From positions 110,847,510 to 110,911,509 of the forward strand of contig NC_068984.1 in assembly GCF_001194135.2 (NCBI RefSeq): DNA of 64,000 nt. The letters are read 5' to 3'. The stretch comes from Octopus bimaculoides (taxonomy: Eukaryota). This document shows, piece after piece, positions 24,836 to 37,045 of the stretch. Each line of letters begins with the position of its first letter. The first letter of the stretch is position 1. A model generated the notes under the pieces. The model did not search any database and was not told where the DNA came from. It worked only from the letters and a program-made list of their open reading frames with translations. A program made the position numbers and the translations under genes.

Positions 24836-25000
24836 CTCTTTCAATGCATAAAGCAAGCAGATGATTTGTTGACAGAATTATCAGCAATGGTTACAGCTAA
24901 GTCCACCACCATCAATTCATCACAGGAGAGATCACTGCCATCAATTCACCATGAAGAAAGTTCACTGCAAGGAAACTTTACCAAGAAAATATATCCATAG
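24836..25000 (+). CDS. Candidate terminal coding exon of an unidentified host gene (LFQCIKQADDLLTELSAMVTAKSTTINSSQERSLPSIHHEESSLQGNFTKKIYP*)
   Basis: Good acceptor atttcttgcttctcag|, phase 0, 54 open codons to TAG, protein-like composition, non-repetitive DNA. Confidence 0.45.
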   Translation, partial: LFQCIKQADDLLTELSAMVTAKSTTINSSQERSLPSIHHEESSLQGNFTKKIYP

Positions 25001-25499
25001 TATCTCACCATATTTAAAAAAAAACAGAAATGTTAGAAAAACTGAAGCTGAAAAATTATGTTAAAATATTTGTATTGTGAATTTTCCCTGTGGTGAATTG
25101 ATAACCGTGAACTTACTGGACATGGTCAGCAACAGAACCATTTATAGCTTATGGTTTTAAAAGAAATGTCTTCATGGCTGAGACAATTAAAAGTATACAG
25201 TAAAAGTAATATATACCATCATCACCATCCTCATCATCATTTTAATGTCCACTTTTCTTTGCTTGTATATATACAGGGTGGTCTAAAAGTAGGTTTACAG
25301 TTATCACGTAGGCACTTTAAATTCCTTCTAAAACATTTTCTTATATTTAAATTTCTATCTAACAAACTGAAAAGGGAGCTTGACAAAATTAACTAAATTA
25401 GCATAGAATAATGGTTTCATATTTTTTTATAATTAAGAAAGGTCTAAGTTATTAGTATTATTATTGCTATTGTTGTTATTATTGCTATCGTCATTGTTA

Positions 25500-26328
25500 A
25501 TTATTCTATTTGTAACAGTGGTGGAAGTTGTGGTAGTATCCAGGATAGTGTTAGTAGGATAGATTGGGTTATGGCTGTGGTCTAACATATGGGGTTCAAT
25601 GCTAGAGCTGTGTATATGTTGAGCATTCGTGTAATCAGAGTTGTTATAGTGTGAGTTTTGATAGTAAAGAGAAAGATTTTGTTTATACGAGATTGCTATG
25701 ATAGACTCGAAGTTGGGTGGAGTGGAATAGGATAGGTTCAGTGTAGATCTATTAAAGACAGAGTAATATTTATGCTGATGAGTTGGTGTCCAGTATATTA
25801 AAGAAGGATTTAGCTAAGTTCTTAACGTTTAGTGTAAAGTGGGGGGTATACCATAGAATAGAGCATCCACCACTTTCTTTTGGGTGCTTAGGGGTAGTGC
25901 TATCTATATTTTTGGAAAAGGAGGTGGGTAGTATGGCCCATTGTTGTTAGCTGTTTTAGCTTTTGACCTAATGTTATATGTGTGTGTGTGTGGTGTCTAG
26001 GTTGTCTTAATGCAGGTTCTCCCAGGGTTCCAGCATAGTGTATGTGTGGTCTGTTGTGATTCTGATGGCTGATGTGTCATTGTGATGTGATTTGAGATAT
26101 ATGTTGCTTGAGCCTAGTATTAGGGATGTGTTTTATTTGTTGGGAGAAGCCACTGGCAGTGAGTGCTTGGTTGTAATATGGTGCGTGGTTATTGAATATT
26201 TCACCAGTGGAATAGAGGTCAGATATATGAATCGAGATATTCTTGACTATGTTATCAAAGGTGGATTTGTGATGATTGGAATGAATGTTTAAGTATTTAA
26301 GGTATTAGTTAGGCTTATGGTAAGGGGA
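25500..26328 (-). mobile_element. Penelope-like retroelement: RT thumb / linker remnant
   Basis: PYHKPN*YLKYLNIHSNHHKSTFDNIVKNISIHISDLYSTGEIFNNHAPYYNQALTASGF; ILWYTPHFTLNVKNLAKSFFNILD; HKYYSVFNRSTLNLSYSTPPNFESII. These match the PLE motifs PYRKPN..SNHP, WFNPP and IFNRNTVKLSYS. Confidence 0.85.
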
Positions 26329-26696
26329 ATATATATATATATANNNNNNNNNNNNNNNNNNNNNNNNNNNNNNNNNNNNNNNNNNNNNNNNNNNNNNNNN
26401 NNNNNNNNNNNNNNNNNNNNNNNNNNNNNNNNNNNNNNNNNNNNNNNNNNNNNNNNNNNNNNNNNNNNNNNNNNNNNNNNNNNNNNNNNNNNNNNNNNNN
26501 NNNNNNNNNNNNNNNNNNNNNNNNNNNNNNNNNNNNNNNNNNNNNNNNNNNNNNNNNNNNNNNNNNNNNNNNNNNNNNNNNNNNNNNNNNNNNNNNNNNN
26601 NNNNNNNNNNNNNNNNNNNNNNNNNNNNNNNNNNNNNNNNNNNNNNNNNNNNNNNNNNNNNNNNNNNNNNNNNNNNNNNNNNNNNNNNNNNNNNNN

Positions 26697-26739
<43 letters not shown>

Positions 26740-26926
26740 GTATAGGAGGGTGTGTTTTCCAAAATGGAAGGGAACACTTTTTTCCATGTGATTGTCTTGA
26801 AAAATTGTTAAGACGCTAGGTTATTTTCGTACTCTTCTTAATAGGCAAACAATGGTAGCCTTAATTTTCAAATAAAGAAATCATATCCACCAGTGCAGTG
26901 TTGAGCACTCACTTTCATCATTCAAC

Positions 26927-26977
<51 letters not shown>

Positions 26978-27370
26978 TATATAGAGAGAGAGAGAGATAG
27001 ATAATAATGATAATAATATTAGGGATAAAAACCCAAATTTACAGGCAAAAATTAGACTTAATTTAATTTATCAAAATTAAAATTGATTTAAATTTCACAA
27101 TATATGATATATAATTTAGAGGAAAAAACCACAATTATTGAATTCATCCATGAAAATTTACAATCACATATATAAAAATTTAATAAGTAATACACTAAAA
27201 AACCTATAATAAAAATATAAATTAATGAATATTAAAATAATAAAATGACTACACATGTTTCAAAACCACATTTTAAAATAGAAAATAAAATAAAAATCAA
27301 ATTGATTCAAAATAAATCGATTGGAAATCAATTGTATTCAAAAATATAGCTAATCTTCGGTTCAAAATAC

Positions 27371-27401
<31 letters not shown>

Positions 27402-28037
27402 TGAATGTATATATAGTGACTAACAATAAATATCAAATGAATTTATATAAAAAATACTTATTTTACCAATAAATGAAAGAAAAGCTTGTAACAGTATTAC
27501 TGAAAATAAATGCAATACTTATCTTATCGAAGCTTTAGTTTAAACGAAAATTTTAAACATACTATTAACTTAGCGTGAAAATATGGCGTAAAGAAAAGTA
27601 ATAAAATAAAGAGATATATAAACATGTATGTAAGTTTTATTTATAAAATCAAAATGTATTTTAGCTTTAATCATAATAAAAAATTAACTGTATTATAGAC
27701 ATTTCCTGGAAATTTTAAAATCTAAATAATTTTAGAGTCTAATAAATTAAGATTCTTACCACACAGCCATGCCTGCACCTATCTTGATGAAATTTTTTAT
27801 AACTTAGAATTTTGGTTTAGAATTTTAACTGAAATTCTAAATCAAAATTCTGCCATAAAATGCTTGGCAAAAAGAAAATAAATAAATAAAGTGGAAAAAA
27901 ATACAAAAGCAGATATTAATGCTTAAAAAAATGCATAACTCATAAAATTCTAACCATCATTATCATTACTGAAGAATATTATCACAAAAATATAAACTGA
28001 TATAGNNNNNNNNNNNNNNNNNNNNNNNNNNNNNNNN

Positions 28038-28340
28038 CTCATGGTTGTAGGATCGTGGTTTCAGTTCCCATACCAGAAATTGAGCAAAAACAACTAAAGC
28101 TCCACGAGAATCTGGCAGGGGGTGGTGGCGACCCCTGCTGTACTCTTTCACCACAATTATCTCTCACTCTTTCTTCCTGTTTTTGTTGTACCTGTATTTC
28201 AAAGGGCCAGCCTCGTAACGTTCCGTGTCATACTGCATCTCCCTGAGAACTACACACGTGTCTGTGGAGTGCTCAGCTACTTGCACGTTAATTTCACGAG
28301 CAGGCTGTTCCATTGAATGGATCAACTGGAACCCTCGTTG
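28038..28340 (+). mobile_element. SINE family B (5' end lost in gap)
   Basis: Reverse complement of the 19400-19785 / 40625-40988 sequence. Confidence 0.88.
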
Positions 28341-29272
28341 TCCAATAATATTTTGTTGGGTGCACAAAACTCTAATTCCAGTCAGAAATATTTTCGTAAA
28401 ACTGTTGTATGTGGGACTTACTACACTTTTGAAAAATGCTAAACTACATTGTACTACACTTTGTATTACGTTGTACTACACTTTGACAATTTTCATATCT
28501 CGGCATCTGAAGCAGGTGGAGATGGCAAAATTAAATGTTGGAAAAAACACATTTAGCCAACTTTGGACATACGACAGTTTAACATAATAGCCATGATATG
28601 TGGTTATGAATGTTGTCTTTGTGTCTGCGTTTGTTCTCCCACCATTGTGTGACAACCAATTTTGGTGTGTTTATGTCCCTGTAACTTATCATTTCAGAAA
28701 TAGAGACTGATAGAATAAGAATTAGGCTTACAAAGAATAAGTCCTGGGGTAGATTTCTTTGACTGAAAATCCCATTAAGATGGTGCTCCAGCATGGCTGC
28801 AACCAAATGATAGAGACAAATAAAAGAATAAAGGAATAAAAAAGAAAAATTTGAATGGCTATAAACAAAATCTTAAAGTAAGATCATACACACACATAAA
28901 CATAGATTGCATCTATATGAATATTTATATGTGTGCAAATGTACATATATGCAAGCATGGAGATATAAACATACACACAGACACACACACATAAACACAG
29001 AGGCATACAGATATAATGATTCTTTAGTATATATTTATAGTTCTTTCTATGGGTAAGAAATCTAAGTATTCACCTAATTTTTACAAGTTCCAAGTAATTA
29101 AACAGAATAAGGCATAAGAAAAGTTTAACAATATTCATTTCAAATTTAAATATATACGAGTATATATGAGTGTGTGCGTGTATATATATATATATATATA
29201 TATGTTTGTATGTATATNNNNNNNNNNTGTATATGTATATATGTATATATATATATATATATATTTATTTAT

Positions 29273-30000
29273 GTATTAACACATGCCAGCATGCAAAACG
29301 GGCGTTGAATGATATTGTGTGAATCTGCTTGCAATATTGTTTTCATTTTATCATTTAAATTGCAGGGAAAAAAAATGATCTGTATCATTAATTAAAATTT
29401 TTGATGTACAAATTCAAAAGAATAATGTAAAAATTATTACAATAAGAATGCGGAAAAAATTTCACTTGAAAAAAATTTTGAAAAAAGAAAAAAACATTTG
29501 TCAAATCACAAGGTCTGAGTGATATATTTAGCATAAAACATTTTTATCCACTCAGATATATGCCATCCTTTTCTCTCTGAAGTATAGGAATAAAATTACT
29601 GGCTGATAGTCTCGTTTATTTTCTTTTATTTTAATTATTTATCTATTTAAAAAATTTGTCAGATCACAAGGTATATGCTGTTATATATTTAGTATAAAGT
29701 ATTTTTATCTAATCAGATATCACTTATGTTTTCTGTTTTTCTGTTATGATGGAAGAAATTATTTACCGATAGTCACATTTTTTAAACTCTATTCCATTAT
29801 ATTTATTTATTAATTTAATTTATTATTATTATATATTGTTGGCGATGTCTGCTTGTGCAATCTATTGTCTTAATGAATAAATGACAAACTTTATGCTGCT
29901 GTCATCATTATATCACAATTATTGTTATAAACCAATGTCAACCATAAAATGGGTTTTATGATTTTTACTTATTCCATATATCCATTCTTTGTCTTTAATA
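29273..30000. mobile_element. AT-rich dispersed repeat, possibly a non-autonomous Helitron-like element; partial inverted copy at 33395-33561
   Basis: 29828-29995 is the near-identical reverse complement of 33395-33561. Internal direct repeat atttgtca.atcacaagg (~29496 and ~29654). Class assignment is weak. Confidence 0.45.
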
Positions 30001-30274
30001 AGTGTTGCCAAATTCTTTAAGGATTCTTTGATCTAACTAATTAAACTATAATTGATCCATTTCTTTTAAAAAATATAAAATATATATTTAAATGTTTTTC
30101 ATACAAAATAGCATCTTAATTACATTATTGATAAGTGTGTGTGTGTGTGTATGTGTGTGTGCGTGTGCGTGCATGTATGTATATCTTTTGATCCAGCTAG
30201 ATGTACACTATTCCTCACATCCTTTTATTTCTGTCACTTTGTATCCACCCACATGTAGACATACATGTATATAA

Positions 30275-30310
<36 letters not shown>

Positions 30311-31333
30311 NNNNNNNNNNNNNNNNNNNNNNNNNNNNNNNNNNNNNNNNNNNNNNNNNNNNNNNNNNNNNNNNNNNNNNNNNNNNNNNNNNNNNNNNNN
30401 NNNNNNNNNNNNNNNNNNNNNNNNNNNNNNNNNNNNNNNNNNNNNNNNNNNNNNNNNNNNNNNNNNNNNNNNNNNNNNNNNNNNNNNNNNNNNNNNNNNN
30501 NNNNNNNNNNNNNNNNNNNNNNNNNNNNNNNNNNNNNNNNNNNNNNNNNNNNNNNNNNNNNNNNNNNNNNNNNNNNNNNNNNNNNNNNNNNNNNNNNNNN
30601 NNNNNNNNNNNNNNNNNNNNNNNNNNNCATATACTTATGTATGTGGACACAAATGAGATATGTATTTCTTTATCTCTGTCCATCCATCTATTTATACACA
30701 CACACACACACACCTGCCCTTCCCACACATATTCAGGAAACCACTTATTTGTATATTTGATCTGAGAAGAACAATTATTTTACAATGTTCTTCCATACTA
30801 AATAGCTTCTATATATGTTTCTGTGAGCTGAAAACAAAACAAATTAATATACCGTTTGTGCCTTTCAAATGACAGATATTTATAGATATATGTCTGTTGA
30901 AAACACAGCAGGCATGGTTGTGGGGGTAAGAAACTTGCTTCCCAACCACATGTTTCTTGGTTCACTTCCAGTGTGTGGCATCTTGGACAAGTGGCTTTAA
31001 ATATAGCTTCAGGCTGACCAAAACCTTGTAGGTAGGTAGATGGGTATGTTAGAAGGAAATTGAAAGATGATCATCATACATGTATATATTAGTGTCTTAG
31101 TGTTTGTGCTTGTCCTTCACAGTAGGTGTTGGTGTGTTTATGTTCTCATAACTTAGCAGTTCTGCAAAAGTTATTGATAGAATTAATACCAGGCTTTTTA
31201 CTGAACTACTAAATTACGAGAACATAAACACACCTACACTCATTGTCATGTAGTGGCAAGGGAAAAACACAGACAAAATGACACACAAACAAATAATATA
31301 TATATATATATATATATCATAACCATATAATTA

Positions 31334-31535
31334 CATCCTATATGGGACAGTGCTGCTGACATTTATAGCTCCAGGGAGACATCTCTCCAGCTGGCTAATG
31401 ACACAATAAGTATTTGCAAAGAGCGGTCATCTCCCTTTGCAAATACTAATCAGACACAGAATGTGTATTGTTAGCCAGTTGGAGAGATGTCTTCCTGGGG
31501 CTATAAACGCCAGTAGCACTGTCCTGTATAGGATG
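31334..31535. mobile_element. Foldback MITE (~200 bp)
   Basis: CATCCTATATGGGACAGTGCTGCTGACATTTATAGCTCCAGGGAGACATCTCTCCAGCTGGCTAA pairs with the 31465-31535 arm. Internal hairpin TATTTGCAAAG...CTTTGCAAATA. Confidence 0.8.
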
Positions 31536-33561
31536 CCACATTTGATTGGCAAATACATGTTATGATTCTGTATTGCCACTGTTTATATCTCACTCAGAGA
31601 TTTAATTTAGCCCACACACACACACACACATATAATCATCATCATCGTTTAACGTCCACTTTCCATGCTAGCATTGCTTGAACGATTTGACTGAGGACTG
31701 GCAAGCCAGAAGGTTGNNNNNNNNNNNNNNNNNNNNNNNNNNNNNNNNNNNNNNNNNNNNNNNNNNNNNNNNNNNNNNNNNNNNNNNNNNNNNNNNNNNN
31801 NNNNNNNNNNNNNNNNNNNNNNNNNNNNNNNNNNNNNNNNNNNNNNNNNNNNNNNNNNNNNNNNNNNNNNNNNNNNNNNNNNNNNNNNNNNNNNNNNNNN
31901 NNNNNNNNNNNNNNNNNNNNNNNNNNNNNNNNNNNNNNNNNNNNNNNNNNNNNNNNNNNNNNNNNNNNNNNNNNNNNNNNNNNNNNNNNNNNNNNNNNNN
32001 NNNNNNNNNNNNNNNNNNNNNNNNNNNNNNNNNNNNNNNNNNNNNNNNNNNNNNNNNNNNNNNNNNNNNNNNNNNNNNNNNNNNNNNNNNNNNNNNNNNN
32101 NNNNNNNNNNNNNNNNNNNNNNNNNNNNNNNNNNNNNNNNNNNNNNNNNNNNNNNNNNNNNNNNNNNNNTATATATATATATATATATATATGAAAATTG
32201 TTATTAATCTAAACAAGCTGAAAATACACGCAGAATAAATTAGAATTAGTTAGAATTTAATTACATTTTAAAAATATAGGAATACAGTTGACCAGTTTCA
32301 CAAAAGATTTTCATAAGTATACAGTATAAAGAGTTGTCACAAATTATGAGTATACTGACTATAAGAACAGATTTTTTCGTATGTATATAAATAAATATAT
32401 ATGCGGGGGTGCTGAAAAATTCCTGGTCTTAAGGATGTAGTGAAAAGCCTAGCTGGAGGCTCAACTTTACATGTTCTTTTACAAGGCTTATGGTTACAGT
32501 GGCCACTAACTTTTTAGGGTGCAATGATGGGTTTGGTTAGTGTTTTGGTGACTCTCAAAAAATTCACTCAACATAGTTTGATTGTTATCATTTTCTTAAG
32601 GTGTGTGGGTATGAATTTTGTATACCAATGTTGTTGAGAAAGAAAAAGAGTCAAGATTAAATTCAAGGTATACATAATTGTGATTTTAAATGGCTGAATT
32701 AACAAGTAATTAAAACTGTGACATTTCACGTGAATCAACCTGATATATACATTATACTAACAGAGATACCTGGCCTTGCTTGGGATTAAAATGGTATAGA
32801 TTATTTTATTGCTTTACTTGTTTCAGGCATGTGACTGCGGCCATGTTGGAGCACCACCGTTGGTCGGACAAATCAACAGCAGGATTTATTGTTTGTAAGC
32901 CAAATACTTATTTTGTCAGTGCCTTTTGCTGAACCGCTAAATTATGGGAATGTAAACACAGCAACATTAGTTTTCAAGCAATGACAGGGGTGCAAACACA
33001 GACACACAATCACACACATGCAAATATACACAAAAGACAGTCTTCTTTCAGTTTCCATGTATGAAATCCACTCATGAGGCTATAATATATNNNNNNNNNN
33101 NNNNNNNNNNNNNNNNNNNNNNNNNNNNNNNNNNNNNNNNNNNNNNNNNNNNNNNNNNNNNNNNNNNNNNNNNNNNNNNNNNNNNNNNNNNNNNNNNNNN
33201 NNNNNNNNNNNNNNNNNNNNNNNNNNNNNNNNNNNNNNNNNNNNNNNNNNNNNNNNNNNNNNNNNNNNNNNNNNNNNNNNNNNNNNNNNNNNNNNNNNNN
33301 NNNNNNNNNNNNNNNNNNNNNNNNNNNNNNNNNNNNNNNNNNNNNNTATATATATATATATATATCCATATATCCAACAATTTGGCACCACTTATTAAAT
33401 ACAAAGAATAGATATATGGAATAGGTAAAAATCATAAACCCATTTTATGATCGACATTGGTTTATAACAATAATTGTGATATAATGATGACAGCAGCATA
33501 AAGTTTGTCATTTATTCATTAAGACAATAGATTGCACATGCAGACAACACCAACAATATAT

Positions 33562-33834
33562 ATGAATTCTTTTAAGAACAGAAATTTAATGAACTCTACG
33601 GGCCTTAGTAAATTCATTTGGGAACTTAAATAAAAAATAATAGAATATGAGTTAAAATGGGAAATAGTTTGCAAGGCTAAATCTTATAGGAAAGGGAATA
33701 GATTCTGCTTATTATGTACTAACGAAAGTATAGAGATATTATTAGCTAATAAAAAATTGATTAACTCCCAAGATGAATGTAATATTAAATGCAGACATGA
33801 ATTAAATTACTTATATAATAATTCTAGTAACTAA
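33562..33834 (+). mobile_element. Penelope-like GIY-YIG endonuclease C-terminus (pseudogene)
   Basis: MNSFKNRNLMNSTGLSKFIWELK*KIIEYELKWEIVCKAKSYRKGNRFCLLCTNESIEILLANKKLINSQDECNIKCRHELNY..* (one internal TAA). Shows the STxLSKxIWxLK, CxLC and KCRH motifs. Confidence 0.85.
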
Positions 33835-34039
33835 TTTTAAAATTTAAACCTAGGATTAGGTACCAACTTATAGTTATGATCAGTAGCGTAAAATACATCA
33901 TATTAGCTTTAGAATACACTTTAATCATCACAATATTATACAAAATGGGAACATATAACTACCTTTACTTTAAGTGTTCAACGATAATATGAGTAGTCTT
34001 TTACAATGTTTTATAACATTATTCAAGTAATATATGACT

Positions 34040-34460
34040 TTCGTATTTGGTATAGTTATTATTCTGCGTAAATCTGAGAGTTTTAAATATTTTAGTATTA
34101 TTAATCTTCAATAAACTTTTTATTTTGGGTATATTTTCTTTTTCGATATTTTCGTTATTATTTTAGTAACTATAATACGTATTTACCTCTTCTAATGGAC
34201 GCCATGTTTATCACGTGACTATTCAGTATTGATTTATTCATTTTCATAGCATTATTTACGTCATATAGAATTTTCGTATGTGTATAGTTATTACTCTGCG
34301 TTAATTTGCAAGTTTAAGTATTTTAGTATTTTTAATCCTCAAGAATCTTTTTATTTTAGGTAGATTTTCTTTTTCGATATTTTCGTTATTATTTTAGTAA
34401 TTATAATACGCATGTACTTCTGGGTAATAGACGCCATATTTATCACGTGACCTTTTAGTA
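34040..34460 (+). repeat. Tandem duplication of a ~232-bp unit, each copy with CGCCATNTT plus TCACGTGAC
   Basis: tatagttatt..ctgcgt at ~34050 and ~34284; CACGTG at 34212-34217 and 34444-34449. Confidence 0.85.
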
Positions 34461-34705
34461 TAAATTCTATAGAGAAGCCATTTTGGTTTTAATCTACAGT
34501 TAAAGCCGGCAAATAAGTCATGTTTTCTTATTTTAATTTTATAAACAATATTGACATCTGTCTTTTAGTAACTTTATACACTAACACATTTTTTCCTATT
34601 ATACAATTATTCCATAATGTTTTAACCTTGTTTACTATAATACTCTTTTTCAATATTTTTAGATTGTAACTCTTAATAATTATATTAATACCGTTAATGT
34701 AGGGA

Positions 34706-35212
34706 TTAGTTTAGAGATTTTGTCTCTTTATATATATTTTTATTTCTCATGTTTATGTTTATTCCTTGAATGATTTTAGGTATTTTCTTAGGGATTTGAC
34801 TTGAAGAGTTCTTATCTTGTTTTTTTAACCCCCAAATAAACCTACTAAGACTAGTACTAGCTATTTTACTCCTATCTCTAAACGTATTAAAGTGACAAGA
34901 AATTCTCCTACAAATCTTATCCGAAGAACAACCCACATAAACACTAACATCTGTATCACTCTTAACCTTACACTGATGCACTATATTCCTTAATCTCACG
35001 TTCGGACCCTCAAGCCATAACCTCCTGGGATTAATCTCAGTTGCCTCAATCTTAGAACCTATAATATTATTACCTAAGTGAGGGTCCTCACCCCTATTCA
35101 TTCCATTTATGCCTGTCTTAAGAACTTTAGAATTATGTGCTGCAATAATCTGCTCTAGGTTCTTAGTATTGGAAAAACCAAACCTAACACTATGCGTATT
35201 AATAATTTTAAT
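34706..35212 (-). mobile_element. Penelope-like linker plus GIY-YIG N-terminal part; open frame
   Basis: LKIINTHSVRFGFSNTKNLEQIIAAHNSKVLK...RLRNIVHQCKVKSDTDVSVYVGCSSDKICRRISCHFNTFRDRSKIASTSLSRFIWGLKKQDKN. Reads in frame from ~35212 into ORF 34706-35101. Confidence 0.85.
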
Positions 35213-35425
35213 TGGGGGTTAAAAGAACAAAATAAGAACTTTTCGTTAGAATGGTCTATTATTGGGAGGAATTTCCCTTACGATAAGGGTAGGAGGTATT
35301 ACAACTTGTGCAATCTTGAGTTGTTTTTTATTCTATTTTCAAAGCATAAACTAATTAATAAACTAGCATATAATGGGTTCAGATGTGTTCACGTTCGCAA
35401 ACACACTTATTTTTGGTTTAGATAA
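35207..35425 (+). mobile_element. Penelope-like GIY-YIG C-terminus, inverted relative to 34706-35212
   Basis: WGLKEQNKNFSLEWSIIGRNFPYDKGRRYYNLCNLELFFILFSKHKLINKLAYNGFRCVH..* (ORF 35192-35425). Confidence 0.85.
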
Positions 35426-36699
35426 TTTCATTGTTTATTTTCTCCTATAGCTGAATTTTGATCGGGTGTTAGGGTCTGGGTTTTAGTATTTTTAGTTCTG
35501 CTATTGCTCCATTTACTTATTCGTACATCCGTTCATATACATGTGAAAGTGTGTATACATATGCATGGGTATACGTGGAAAAATGTGTGTATGTATGTGT
35601 GTATATATGTGTATGTATGTGTGTATATATGCATATGGGTATGTGTATGTATATNNNNNNNNNNNNNNNNNNNNNNNNNNNNNNNNNNNNNNNNNNNNNN
35701 NNNNNNNNNNNNNNNNNNNNNNNNNNNNNNNNNNNNNNNNNNNNNNNNNNNNNNNNNNNNNNNNNNNNNNNNNNNNNNNNNNNNNNNNNNNNNNNNNNNN
35801 NNNNNNNNNNNNNNNNNNNNNNNNNNNNNNNNNNNNNNNNNNNNNNNNNNNNNNNNNNNNNNNNNNNNNNNNNNNNNNNNNNNNNNNNNNNNNNNNNNNN
35901 NNNNNNNNNNNNNNNNNNNNNNNNNNNNNNNNNNNNNNNNNNNNNNNNNNNNNNNNNNNNNNNNNNNNNNNNNNNNNNNNNNNNNNNNNNNNNNNNNNNN
36001 NNNNNNNNNNNNNNNNNNNNNNNNNNNNNNNNNNNNNNNNNNNNNNNNNNNNNNNNNNNNNNNNNNNNNNNNNNNNNNNNNNNNNNNNNNNNNNNNNNNN
36101 NNNNNNNNNNNNNNNNNNNNNNNNNNNNNNNNNNNNNNNNNNNNNNNNNNNNNNNNNNNNNNNNNNNNNNNNNNNNNNNNNNNNNNNNNNNNNNNNNNNN
36201 NNNNNNNNNNNNNNNNNNNNNNNNNNNNNNNNNNNNNNNNNNNNNNNNNNNNNNNNNNNNNNNNNNNNNNNNNNNNNNNNNNNNNNNNNNNNNNNNNNNN
36301 NNNNNNNNNNNNNNNNNNNNNNNNNNNNNNNNNTGCATACCTTCACTGTCGATTTTTTCTGCTATTTTGGTGATGATTTTTTGAGTTAGCTTACCAATTA
36401 TTTTTGTTGGTAGTTAATTTATAAAATATTGATATATATATGTATTTATTTATGTACAATGGGCTTCTTTCAGCCTCCATCAACCAAGTCCACTCACAAG
36501 GTTTTGGTTGACCCAAGGCTATTGTTGAAGATTCTTGCCCAAGGTGCCAGGTAGTAGGACTGAACTTGGAGCCATGTAGTTGGGAAGTTAACTTCTTACT
36601 ACACAGCTATGCCAGGGAGAATTTTTTCTCACTGCCCTTGTATATATGTGTATATTCATGTAGGTATTAATCCATGATAACTCGATCTAAATATTAAAC

Positions 36700-37045
36700 A
36701 AGAGCACTCAGAGGGCACAAACCTCTGTCAAGGCAACACCAACGTCCACTCAACGATTAGCCAGAGATAAATTTTAAAATGATAATATCTGAAATAAACT
36801 CGACTGCTCTCACAAACGAGAATACTAAAAATGAACCCGAATGCTCTCAAAAATTAATTAAATAAACAGGAAAAATAATCCAGAATCCTTATCCGGTACC
36901 AGATCGACCCTAAAATCTAACTAGTTCATGCCAGTCACGAGGCCAAGCATCCCTGAAAGTTTCATCCGGATCCATCTAGCCGTTTTTGAGATATCTTGTC
37001 CACGGACAAACAAGCAAGAAACAAACAAACATGATTGAAAACAAT
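36700..37045 (+). mobile_element. Probable Helentron-associated non-autonomous element (HINE/DINE-like)
   Basis: Subterminal inverted motif ACCTCTG / TGGAGGT near the two ends; GATCC..CCGTTTTTGAGATATC..ACAAACAAAC 3' pattern typical of such elements. Assignment is inference. Confidence 0.4.
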
